Shown piece after piece: positions 55,908-64,000 of a stretch of 64,000 bases of DNA. The notes below the pieces were generated by a model, which saw only the letters and a program-made list of their open reading frames with translations, was not told the origin of the DNA and made no database searches. The translations under genes and the position numbers were made by a program. How positions within the stretch are numbered: position 1 is the first letter of the stretch; each line of letters starts with the position of its first letter. Origin of the DNA: an uncultured Bacteroidaceae bacterium (lineage in GTDB: Bacteria > Bacteroidota > Bacteroidia > Bacteroidales > Bacteroidaceae); NCBI GenBank assembly GCA_934394435.1, contig CAKRRN010000008.1, positions 4,290-68,289 of the forward strand. Direction: 5' to 3'.

Positions 55908-57227
55908 TTACTTTATCATGTCACAGCCCATATAGGGTACAAGTGCTTTAGGTATGCGAATACCCTCCTCTGTCTGATTATTCTCCAGCAGAGCCGCTAC
56001 AATACGAGGCAGCGCCAAAGCGGAGCCATTCAGTGTATGCGCTAGCTCTGTTTTCTTGTCGGCAGTACGGCGTACACGGCACTTCAGGCGATTGGCTTGA
56101 TACGTATCAAAATTGCTTACCGAACTAACCTCAAGCCAACGCTTCTGAGCCTCAGAATATACCTCGAAGTCATAACAGATACTGCTGGTAAAGCTCATGT
56201 CTCCACCGCAAAGACGCAGGATACGGTACGGCAGTTCCAATTTCTTGAGCAACCCTTCCACGTGTGCAAGCATCTCCTTGTGTGAGGCATCAGAATGCTC
56301 AGGAGTGTCTATACGTACGATCTCTATCTTGCTAAACTCATGTAAGCGGTTCAAGCCACGCACATCCTTACCATAACTACCTGCCTCACGACGGAAGCAT
56401 TCAGTATAAGCACAGTTTTTGATGGGCAGGTCTTTCTCATCGATAATAACATCACGATAGATATTTGTCACAGGCACCTCTGCCGTGGGGATAAGATAGA
56501 GATCATCTACTTCACAATGATACATCTGACCTTCCTTATCAGGCAACTGACCCGTGCCGTAACCACTTGCTTGGTTTACCACCGTAGGAGGCATTATCTC
56601 TTCGTAGCCTGCAGCTCTTGCTTCGTCCAGGAAGAAATTTATAAGCGCGCGCTGGAGTCTTGCCCCTTGTCCGCGATAGACTGGGAAACCAGCACCCGTA
56701 ATCTTCACCCCTAAATCGAAATCAATCAGATTATACTTCTTAGCCAACTCCCAATGAGGCAGACGAGCACTTTCTATCACAGGATTAGCATCCCAATTCC
56801 CTACGGTGTCTTTTCCTTCCACACACTCCTTGAGCGAGCTTTTCACTACCCAATTATCCTCTGCACCCGTACCTTCTGGAACAATATCGTACGGAATATT
56901 GGGAATTGTGCAAAGCAAAGCTACAAGATTGCGCTCAGCTTCCGACTTCTTGTCTTCCAACTGGCGATTGGTTTCCTTCAGTTTTGCCACCTCTGCCTTC
57001 ACAGCATCAGCTTCCTCCTTTTTACCTTGTTTCATCAGTCCACCTATCTCTGCAGCCATCTTCTTGGCTTTTGATAGGTTTTCATCTAATTCTGCCTGAG
57101 TCAGGCGACGGGTCTTGTCGAAACTAATGACTTCCTCTATTGTCTTGGCAGCATTGGGGAAATGCTTCTTTTCCAGACCACGTACCACGCGGTCTTTCTC
57201 TTCGGTAATGAGTTTTAGCGTAAGCAT
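55908..57227 (-). CDS. serS: Serine--tRNA ligase
   Basis: 439 aa with an N-terminal coiled-coil arm and class II motifs (FRREAGS..., LNGSALALPR). Confidence 0.95.
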   Translation of the reverse strand: MLTLKLITEEKDRVVRGLEKKHFPNAAKTIEEVISFDKTRRLTQAELDENLSKAKKMAAEIGGLMKQGKKEEADAVKAEVAKLKETNRQLEDKKSEAERNLVALLCTIPNIPYDIVPEGTGAEDNWVVKSSLKECVEGKDTVGNWDANPVIESARLPHWELAKKYNLIDFDLGVKITGAGFPVYRGQGARLQRALINFFLDEARAAGYEEIMPPTVVNQASGYGTGQLPDKEGQMYHCEVDDLYLIPTAEVPVTNIYRDVIIDEKDLPIKNCAYTECFRREAGSYGKDVRGLNRLHEFSKIEIVRIDTPEHSDASHKEMLAHVEGLLKKLELPYRILRLCGGDMSFTSSICYDFEVYSEAQKRWLEVSSVSNFDTYQANRLKCRVRRTADKKTELAHTLNGSALALPRIVAALLENNQTEEGIRIPKALVPYMGCDMIK

Positions 57228-57322
57228 ATCTTTATGTTATAATTCTTTCATTTTAACAAGCACAAAGTTACTACTATTTCACGAAATAGACAGAACGAGC
57301 ATACCTAAATTTAGGTATAAAC

Positions 57323-57366
57323 AAAAAAGGGAGTGCATATGTACTACATACGCACCCCTTTTTTTT
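57323..57366 (-). terminator. Intrinsic terminator after rpmA (bidirectional geometry)
   Basis: A6 + GGGAGTGCATATG ... CATACGCACCCC + T8. It lies about 85 nt downstream of the rpmA stop on the minus strand. Confidence 0.6.
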
Positions 57367-57448
57367 ACTTTTTTTTCGGCAAAAGTTTCTTACTTCGACT
57401 TACCTCGAAGAAAGTCTTCTTGTCTACCTATTTTTATACAGATTCAAG

Positions 57449-57712
57449 TTATGCCTCTGCTACAGGTACCACGCTTACTGTGCTACGATCTCTACGACCC
57501 TTCTTAAACTCCACAGTACCGTCTACCAAAGCATAGAGAGTATCATCCTTACCCATACCAACATTCTGACCAGGATAATGACGAGTACCACGCTGGCGGA
57601 CAATCACATTACCAGCAATACACTTCTCACCACCGAATATCTTCACACCGAGTCGCTGTGCTGCAGACTCACGACCGTTCTTAGAACTGCCGACACCTTT
57701 TTTATGTGCCAT
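57449..57712 (-). CDS. rpmA: 50S ribosomal protein L27
   Basis: [16 protein letters not shown]...[10 protein letters not shown], the canonical L27 sequence. Confidence 0.97.
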   Translation of the reverse strand: MAHKKGVGSSKNGRESAAQRLGVKIFGGEKCIAGNVIVRQRGTRHYPGQNVGMGKDDTLYALVDGTVEFKKGRRDRSTVSVVPVAEA

Positions 57713-57737
57713 TTCTTGTTTCTCCTCAGTTTAATTG

Positions 57738-58055
57738 TTAAGCGATAACTTCCTTGATAGTCAACTCAGTAAACTGCTGACGATGACCGTTCAACTTACG
57801 ATAGCCCTTACGACGCTTCTTGTGGAACACCAGTACCTTGTCACCCTTTACCAGAGTTGACTTCACCTCTGCCACCACTTTAGCACCCTCCACAGTGGGA
57901 GCACCCACGGTGATGTTGCCATCCTTGTCTACCAACAACACTTTCTCAAACTCAACAGTCTGACCAGCCTCTGCAGTTGCCATGTGATGCACGAACAACT
58001 TCTTTCCAGCCTCTGCCTTGAACTGCTGACCGTTAATCTCTACGATTGCGTACAT
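57738..58055 (-). CDS. rplU: 50S ribosomal protein L21
   Basis: [20 protein letters not shown]...[17 protein letters not shown], the canonical L21 sequence. Confidence 0.97.
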   Translation of the reverse strand: MYAIVEINGQQFKAEAGKKLFVHHMATAEAGQTVEFEKVLLVDKDGNITVGAPTVEGAKVVAEVKSTLVKGDKVLVFHKKRRKGYRKLNGHRQQFTELTIKEVIA

Positions 58056-58141
58056 TTTTTATTATTATTAAACGGGTTTTGACCGCAGGGCGAAGCCAAC
58101 TCGTGGCTCACTTTTATAGCCTGTGCGGCATAATTCGGCTG

Positions 58142-58173
58142 CAAAAGTACAACTTTCTGCCTAAACGAGCAAA
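58142..58173 (-). promoter_or_regulatory. Bacteroidota-type promoter of rplU-rpmA (-33 TTTG / -7 TAnnTTTG)
   Basis: The minus strand reads TTTG (58173-58170), a 20-nt spacer, then TACTTTTG (58149-58142). It lies about 90 nt upstream of the rplU ATG. Confidence 0.5.
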
Positions 58174-58247
58174 ATTTTCTTTCTCTTTTTTACATTTACA
58201 ATCGAAAGCGGTTCTGACATATTATCGTGTCATACTATAGCCACACA

Positions 58248-59651
58248 TTATTTTCTCATCCATCGGTCCGTACGGAAACGAAGCAAAAAGATGATGCCAC
58301 GAAAAGTGAGTTCCACAGCCATGGCTATCCACACACCCTGCAATCCCATACTGCCAGCCAACAAAGAGGCAAGAACAATACGCACCACCCATATACTGCC
58401 CAAATTCATAGTGCAAGGAACCAGCGTGTCTCCTGCACCCACAAATACACCATAGCATACAATGCTGGCAGCAAACATAGGCTCTGCAAAAGCTTCGATA
58501 CGAAGAACGCTTACCGTCAATCCTCTCACAGCCTCATCTGGAGTCATCAGAGTCATTAGCGCAGGTGAGAACACATACATCACAATCGCCATAAAGGTCA
58601 TAACGGCTATTCCCATACCAACGCTTATACGTCCGAAACTACGTGCTAAACGAAGTCTCTTGGCTCCCAAACTCTGCCCCACAAGAGCTGTAGCCGCATC
58701 CGAAATGCCATAGCCTGGCATGTAACAGAGCGCCTCTACCGTGATGCCAAAACTATTGGCGGCAATGGCAATCGTACCGAGTGGGGCAACGATAATAGTA
58801 CTCACTATCTGGGCACCACACAGCACTACATGCTCAACTGCAAGAGGGAAAGCTATGCGCAGGGCTTTTGCAAGCGTCTGCCCTTGTGGGCGAAACGTAC
58901 CTGTATCTTGACACAGATTGAGTTCACGACTGCGCACACAAACAAACCAACACATGGCAAGCGAGCAAACCACAAAAGCCAGCAGAGTGCCCAACCCTGC
59001 TCCCACTACCCCAAGACCTGCACCAGGAATAACAATCCCGCACACCTCTCGAGTTGGAAAAATAAGAAAGAGATTGAAAACAACATCAAGCAGACACATG
59101 AGGATGTTCAAGAAACTGGGCACATGCATATTTCCGCTACAGCGAAGCATTCCGCTACAGAGCGAATTCAGTTGGGAAAACGGAATTCCAAGACTGAAGA
59201 TCAAGAAATACATTGATGCATCGTGACATATTTCCTCTCCTCCACCCAACCAATGCGGAAGATACGAACTGATGGCAACACCGATAGCACTAAGCGTAAG
59301 AGCGAAAAAGAGGCAAGAGATAAAACTCTGCCGCAACACGTGACGAGCCTCTGCCATTTCACCTGCTCCTATCCTATGTGCCACCTGGACGTAGAAACCC
59401 ACGCTGGCAGAAGAACACAGACTACCAAAGAGCCAGAGCGTAGTACTCACCAGTCCAATGCTGGCACTCGCCTTGGCACCAAGGCTACCCACCATGCTGG
59501 CATCTATGTACTGCATGAGAATATGTACCAGCTGAGCCATCATGCTGGGCAAACTGAGCAAAGCCGCCAGCATAAGCTGATGGCTTCCCGTCATCTTCTC
59601 ACCATTACGAATACGAGCGAGAAGCGAATCCTTATATTGAGTATAACTCAT
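58248..59651 (-). CDS. MATE-family efflux transporter
   Basis: 467 aa, 12 TM, with the MatE repeat pattern. The start overlaps the upstream stop (ATGA). Confidence 0.85.
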   Translation of the reverse strand: MSYTQYKDSLLARIRNGEKMTGSHQLMLAALLSLPSMMAQLVHILMQYIDASMVGSLGAKASASIGLVSTTLWLFGSLCSSASVGFYVQVAHRIGAGEMAEARHVLRQSFISCLFFALTLSAIGVAISSYLPHWLGGGEEICHDASMYFLIFSLGIPFSQLNSLCSGMLRCSGNMHVPSFLNILMCLLDVVFNLFLIFPTREVCGIVIPGAGLGVVGAGLGTLLAFVVCSLAMCWFVCVRSRELNLCQDTGTFRPQGQTLAKALRIAFPLAVEHVVLCGAQIVSTIIVAPLGTIAIAANSFGITVEALCYMPGYGISDAATALVGQSLGAKRLRLARSFGRISVGMGIAVMTFMAIVMYVFSPALMTLMTPDEAVRGLTVSVLRIEAFAEPMFAASIVCYGVFVGAGDTLVPCTMNLGSIWVVRIVLASLLAGSMGLQGVWIAMAVELTFRGIIFLLRFRTDRWMRK

Positions 59652-60886
59652 GCCAGACTATTCACATACGTCTCAATGCGCAAGGCTGCCTGCATAAGTC
59701 TGGCCCTCTGCGTAGCCAGGTTTATACGCACGAAGCCTTCGCCACCCTTTCCATAATGAGAACCAGGAGCAAGGCGCACACTCTGCTGCTTTATCAACAG
59801 TTGACAAAACTCTTCATCGTTCATGCTACACGCGCGCACATCCACCCACATAAGATAGGTGGCTTCTAAAGGCATGATACGCAACGATGGACAATGTTCA
59901 CCAAGGTACGTAGCCAGAGCTTGGTAGTTGCCCCATAAATAATGGCAAAGCTCATTGAGCCATTCCTCGCCGCAGGTATAAGCTGCCTCTGTGGCCACCA
60001 GACCAAAAGGATTCACATCACACACCTCATGGATATTGACAGCACGATCTATGCGACCACGAACCTCCTCATTGGCACATACAATTTGGGCATTTTGCAA
60101 GCCTGCCATGTTAAACGCCTTGCTGGCACTCGTACAGACACAAGCATGCCGAAGAATAGGATGGTCGAGCGCATAAAGCGAAAGAAAGGTCTGCCCAGGC
60201 ATAGTAAGCTCACAATGTATTTCATCTGATACAAGAAACACATTGTTTCTGAGACATATATCCGCAATCTTCTCAAGCTCTGTTTTACTCCACACTCTGC
60301 CTGTCGGGTTATGAGGTGAGCAGAGCAACATCACACTCACATCTGGTTTACAGGCACGCTGTTCCAAGTCCACGAAATCAATCACATACCTGCCATCTTC
60401 TCCCACTTGCAACTGGCTTTCCTCTGCCCTACAACCCAAATTACGTATACTGCTATAGAAACAGTTATACACCGGTGAGAGGGTCAGCACTCCATCGCCC
60501 GGATGAGTCATCGCCCTCAGAATAGCACTTATGGCTGGTACGACACCAGGAACCACAATCATCCAGTTTCGTTCATAATGTACCTTGTGCCTGTTCTTAT
60601 GCCACCGAACGATACTTTCATAATAAGAGTCTGTGGGAACAGCATAACCGAACACCCCATGCTCAAGCCGTTTGGCAAGGGCTTCGCGCACACAGGGTGC
60701 TGCCTGGAAATCCATATCTGCCACCCACAAGGGATAATCGCTACAGGGCTCATCATCCCACTTCATACAGCCAGACCCTCTGCGGTCAACAGGGATATCG
60801 AACAGACAAGACGCACATTCTGCTCCAGACTGAGCCTTGAGAGCAGCTAAAGAAGAAGAAAAGGTATCAGAGCACACGTTTTCCAT
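59648..60886 (-). CDS. MalY/PatB-family PLP-dependent C-S lyase (cystathionine beta-lyase-like)
   Basis: VDRRGSGCMKWD N-terminal block, SPHNPTGRVW, and SASKAFNMAGL (PLP lysine). ATG at 60886 is preferred. The track start at 60931 is a TTG with a longer overlap. Confidence 0.85.
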   Translation of the reverse strand: MENVCSDTFSSSLAALKAQSGAECASCLFDIPVDRRGSGCMKWDDEPCSDYPLWVADMDFQAAPCVREALAKRLEHGVFGYAVPTDSYYESIVRWHKNRHKVHYERNWMIVVPGVVPAISAILRAMTHPGDGVLTLSPVYNCFYSSIRNLGCRAEESQLQVGEDGRYVIDFVDLEQRACKPDVSVMLLCSPHNPTGRVWSKTELEKIADICLRNNVFLVSDEIHCELTMPGQTFLSLYALDHPILRHACVCTSASKAFNMAGLQNAQIVCANEEVRGRIDRAVNIHEVCDVNPFGLVATEAAYTCGEEWLNELCHYLWGNYQALATYLGEHCPSLRIMPLEATYLMWVDVRACSMNDEEFCQLLIKQQSVRLAPGSHYGKGGEGFVRINLATQRARLMQAALRIETYVNSLA

Positions 60887-61733
60887 CCACAATAATTTGA
60901 CAATCTGCAGGCTTACGTTGGTTTTCATCAATTATCAGTTCACCTACGCTCTCCACAGCAATATACCCACTTGTCGGATTCTTGATGCTGGGCACATACC
61001 CCTTGATGGTTGCTTTTATAGTACTATACTCAAAAGCCAAAACAGCATCCTCACCGATAGTGCAATCCTCCATATAGAGATTCTCACAATAGCATAGAGG
61101 TTGTTCGCCTGTAATATGACAACGTATAAGACGGAGATTACGGCTGTACCAAGCCAGATATTCGCCATTGATGACACTATCCTCCACGGTCACATTCTCG
61201 CTATCCCACAAAGCGTCTTTTGAGTTGAGCACACTATTGCGGATAGTGACTCCACGGCTATACTGAAAGGCATAATTACCCTCCTGATGATAATTTTCCA
61301 ACAGCACATCATCGGTGTGCATGCCCAGATAGTCGGCATTGTCGGCACGTGAATCCCTAATGACAACACCCTTACAATCCCAAAGGGTTTCTTTCGCATC
61401 GCTAAACTGACAACGCTCTACCGTAACCCCATTCATGCGACGAAACATCTTGGGAGCATCCACCTGACAGTCCACCATATGTACATCGCTACTATACCAG
61501 AGCGAACTGCGTGCACCTGGCATAAAGAGGCTGTTGCGCACGTCGAACCGACGGCATTCCCAAAAGACATATTTGCCATCGAAGGTACATCCCTCAGCCT
61601 CTATGTTTCCTGATTCCTTGATAGAAGACTCACCCGTATGTATAGTTACATGCTCAAGACGTGCATCATGCAACCTGTAAAGGGGTCGCTCCCCCCAGTA
61701 TTCTTTGTCTTTTATTAAAGTTTTCTGTGACAT
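60867..61733 (-). CDS. Parallel beta-helix repeat protein (DUF3737-like)
   Basis: 288 aa with periodic about 22-aa repeats carrying N/D-x-hydrophobic turns (VTIRNSVLNSKDALWDSENVTVEDSVINGEY...). The family name is from memory. Confidence 0.5.
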   Translation of the reverse strand: MSQKTLIKDKEYWGERPLYRLHDARLEHVTIHTGESSIKESGNIEAEGCTFDGKYVFWECRRFDVRNSLFMPGARSSLWYSSDVHMVDCQVDAPKMFRRMNGVTVERCQFSDAKETLWDCKGVVIRDSRADNADYLGMHTDDVLLENYHQEGNYAFQYSRGVTIRNSVLNSKDALWDSENVTVEDSVINGEYLAWYSRNLRLIRCHITGEQPLCYCENLYMEDCTIGEDAVLAFEYSTIKATIKGYVPSIKNPTSGYIAVESVGELIIDENQRKPADCQIIVDGKRVL

Positions 61734-61909
61734 TTACAATCTCTCTTACTTAATATTTCGTTAGATTACATCCATACAACATTCTCCGTCACTCACCAAG
61801 GCGCACAAAAACGTATGTGTAACGAATGTATTATCGCCACACACCACGCAATTCATTCCACCATTACCTTGGAGGTAGAAGGAGACAGAAGCCCTTCTCC
61901 CCCTTACCT

Positions 61910-62317
61910 CTACTTCAACTTGTCGTTGCAGAGTCTAATAGCCTGATAAGCTTGAGGCGTTGTGAGCACAGTCTTAAATTTCGCATAATAACGAGTGCGC
62001 ACCTCCAGTTCGCCCGACTCCTGCTTCTGTTTGCTCTGAAACAGTTCGTCACATTGCTGCGCCGTGAGCTTTCCCGTTTCCTCAGCCTTCTGATACTTTT
62101 CCCTCAAAGCTTTTCGGGGAGCTTTCACACGCGCAATCTCTTGATAATACTGGACAAGCAGAGGACGAAACTTGGCTACAGCCTCCTTGCTGAGGGAGAG
62201 ATTCTTGAGCACATAGGCTATATGTGCATCCTGTTTGCCAGCACCACACACATCTGTGGGAGCAGCCATGAACATCATGCAGAATAAACTGCAAGCAATT
62301 AGAAACTTGTGTGTCAT
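61910..62317 (-). CDS. Small periplasmic helical protein (135 aa), unknown function
   Basis: Signal peptide MTHKFLIACSLFCMMFMAAP. The rest is K/E/Q-rich and helical. Confidence 0.5.
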   Translation of the reverse strand: MTHKFLIACSLFCMMFMAAPTDVCGAGKQDAHIAYVLKNLSLSKEAVAKFRPLLVQYYQEIARVKAPRKALREKYQKAEETGKLTAQQCDELFQSKQKQESGELEVRTRYYAKFKTVLTTPQAYQAIRLCNDKLK

Positions 62318-62593
62318 CGTCTCAACATTTTTAATGTTTGTGTAAAAGGATTAAGCAACCGAACGCTAATAGGGAGTTATTCCACTACCCTAAATACGTT
62401 CAACAACTGCAAAGATAAGGCTTTTCCCGTTGTAACAAAGTACACATTTGACGAGAATTATTACCATTATTACATCTTTTCACGTTTCTGTTTATATGTC
62501 ATCTGATGGAATAATGTTCAATTTCACTTGTTCAATTGTTCCTTTTGTAATATCTTTGCACATAACAAAATATATAAAATCAAAACGACCGTA

Positions 62594-63532
62594 ATGCAAG
62601 ACTCTACAAAAATAGAAGAACTCAGTTTGGAAGACATAAAGGAGAAATACCACCTCACAGAAGAAGACTACACGAATGGAGTCGCTTATGGCAACAACAT
62701 GGTTGTGTCTCACAACGTATGTCCCAGCGAAATTACTTACAAAAATAACTTCTCAAGCCCCATACGTCCCCAGTTCTCCATTATTTTTCTATGTACAAAG
62801 GACAACACACTCATACGTTGCAACTCCATCGAATGCCGCATACAGGTCAACACTCTATTTGTGTGCAAACCAGGTAGCGTGATACAATTCATAGATGGAA
62901 ATCTGGAGCAGGTAAGTGTCATATGCTCATCAGAAAAGCCAGATGGTGTGATGAGTCTTTCCCTGCAAAAACTGTTGCCACACTACACAGAACTGGAAGC
63001 TCTGACAGTCTTAAAACTGAGTGCACACGAGACCAAACGACTAAACACAATGATAGGATTCCTGTCCGATGCCATCAAGGCTGACCACGATCTGCTCTTC
63101 TATCACGAGTCTGTCAAGGCACAAGCCTCTGCTTTGATATTCAACATACTCAACTTATTCTGCTCTGGACTCGATCTGAATAAATCCATCCAGCATACTG
63201 CACACTATCGCCAGCAGGACTACGTAAGGCAGTTTATGTCGCTCCTGAGTCTGCACTTCCGTCAGCAACGCAGAGTGACCTTCTATTCTGACCAAATGCA
63301 CATCACGCCCAAATACTTAGGGACAATAGTGACGCAACAGACTGGGCGGACAGTTTCAGACTGGATAGACCACTTCGTAGTGTCAGAGGCAAAGGTGCTA
63401 CTGGGCAGTTCGAGTCTCACCATACAGGAGATTACCTACAAACTGAACTTCCCCAACCAGAGCTTCTTCTGCAAATACTTCAAAGCCCACACGGGGCTAA
63501 CCCCTTCTGAATTCCGTAGTCAAAACAAATAA
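62594..63532 (+). CDS. AraC-family transcriptional regulator
   Basis: 312 aa from MQDSTKIEE. C-terminal double HTH (TPKYLGTIVTQQTGRTVSDWI ... IQEITYKLNFPNQSFFCKYFKAHTGLTPSEFR). Confidence 0.85.
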   Translation: MQDSTKIEELSLEDIKEKYHLTEEDYTNGVAYGNNMVVSHNVCPSEITYKNNFSSPIRPQFSIIFLCTKDNTLIRCNSIECRIQVNTLFVCKPGSVIQFIDGNLEQVSVICSSEKPDGVMSLSLQKLLPHYTELEALTVLKLSAHETKRLNTMIGFLSDAIKADHDLLFYHESVKAQASALIFNILNLFCSGLDLNKSIQHTAHYRQQDYVRQFMSLLSLHFRQQRRVTFYSDQMHITPKYLGTIVTQQTGRTVSDWIDHFVVSEAKVLLGSSSLTIQEITYKLNFPNQSFFCKYFKAHTGLTPSEFRSQNK

Positions 63533-63547
63533 GATGAGGAAACAGTC

Positions 63548-64000
63548 ATGGAAATCCAGTTCTCAGAAATAACAAAATACAATCAGGTTAGCGTTACTGA
63601 GATAAACAGACTGCTCTGCCAACTGTCTCCACACGCCACTCCCATAAGCGAGAAGCAGATGAAAGAAATCATCTCCGCACCAAACAGCCACATGTTCGTC
63701 TTGCTCGAAGGAGAAAAAGTCATAGGCATGGTCACCATAGGCACCTATCAGACACCCACAGGCAGAAAAGCCTGGATAGAGGATGTCGTAGTAGACGAAA
63801 TATACAGAGGGCACGGATATGGAAGGATTATAATAGAGAGAGCAATCCTTTTTATCAACCAATCCAGAGAGACCACCCTTATGCTTACCTCGAGACCAGA
63901 GAGAGAGGCTGCAAACAAGTTGTATCAGAGCATGGGATTCACACGGAAACAGACCAACGTATACAAAATGGAATTAGGTAAGCATAAGATCAGTCAGCGT
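63548..64000 (+). CDS. GNAT-family N-acetyltransferase, 3' end outside the window
   Basis: Absent from the ORF track because there is no stop in the window. ATG at 63548 is followed by 151 open codons. Motif A is IEDVVVDEIYRGHGYGRIIIERAI. Confidence 0.75.
   Translation, partial: MEIQFSEITKYNQVSVTEINRLLCQLSPHATPISEKQMKEIISAPNSHMFVLLEGEKVIGMVTIGTYQTPTGRKAWIEDVVVDEIYRGHGYGRIIIERAILFINQSRETTLMLTSRPEREAANKLYQSMGFTRKQTNVYKMELGKHKISQR

Noticed and set aside
57301-57318. 18-bp perfect palindrome ATACCTAAATTTAGGTAT upstream of serS.
   Set aside because: It is a single AT-rich palindrome in a promoter-sized gap. It could be an operator, but there is no repetition or phasing to support a call.

Overview
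This is a 64-kb chromosomal window that looks Bacteroidota (Prevotella/Bacteroidales-like). Supporting signs are no Shine-Dalgarno leaders, TAnnTTTG-type promoter boxes and families such as DUF5063 and a FadL/PorV-like OMP. Most of it is ordinary housekeeping sequence at roughly 50% GC: apbE (5' partial), a Crp/Fnr regulator, dcp, dCMP deaminase, an S41 protease, a GH78 rhamnosidase, malQ, mfd, an ABC/FtsX set, rsmE, a nucleoside permease, an rlmI-like gene, an exonuclease, two MATE pumps, prmA, a lolE-like gene, an aminotransferase, trpB2, a nucleoside phosphorylase, an Nfn-like fusion, serS, rplU-rpmA, a patB-like gene, an AraC regulator and a GNAT (3' partial). I found no rRNA, tRNA or CRISPR, and no integrase or transposase. 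The stand-out is a visibly AT-rich, about 11-kb, eight-gene minus-strand operon (6641-17381). It reads DUF4007-like, 1074-aa P-loop ATPase, PP-loop/PAPS-reductase-like enzyme, single-HKD PLD nuclease fused to an SF2 helicase, 78-aa protein, DndD-like SMC ATPase with a CxxC hook, 187-aa protein, small membrane protein. I read it as a DNA-modification (phosphorothioation-like) defence island whose composition does not match the Ssp, Dnd or Pbe layouts I know. Other second-look items are listed below.
- A MITE-like family with CCAAATCGGTCATTAGA terminal inverted repeats, in three copies.
- A promoter-to-terminator structured sRNA candidate at about 24.19-24.44 kb.
- Three separate arrays of short repeats phased at 11 or 22 bp.
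- An AmgK / RapZ-C-domain / MurU triple fusion.
- A secreted aromatic-rich, RGG-rich low-complexity protein paired with an outer-membrane barrel.
All functional calls come from motif recognition by eye. No database search was run.
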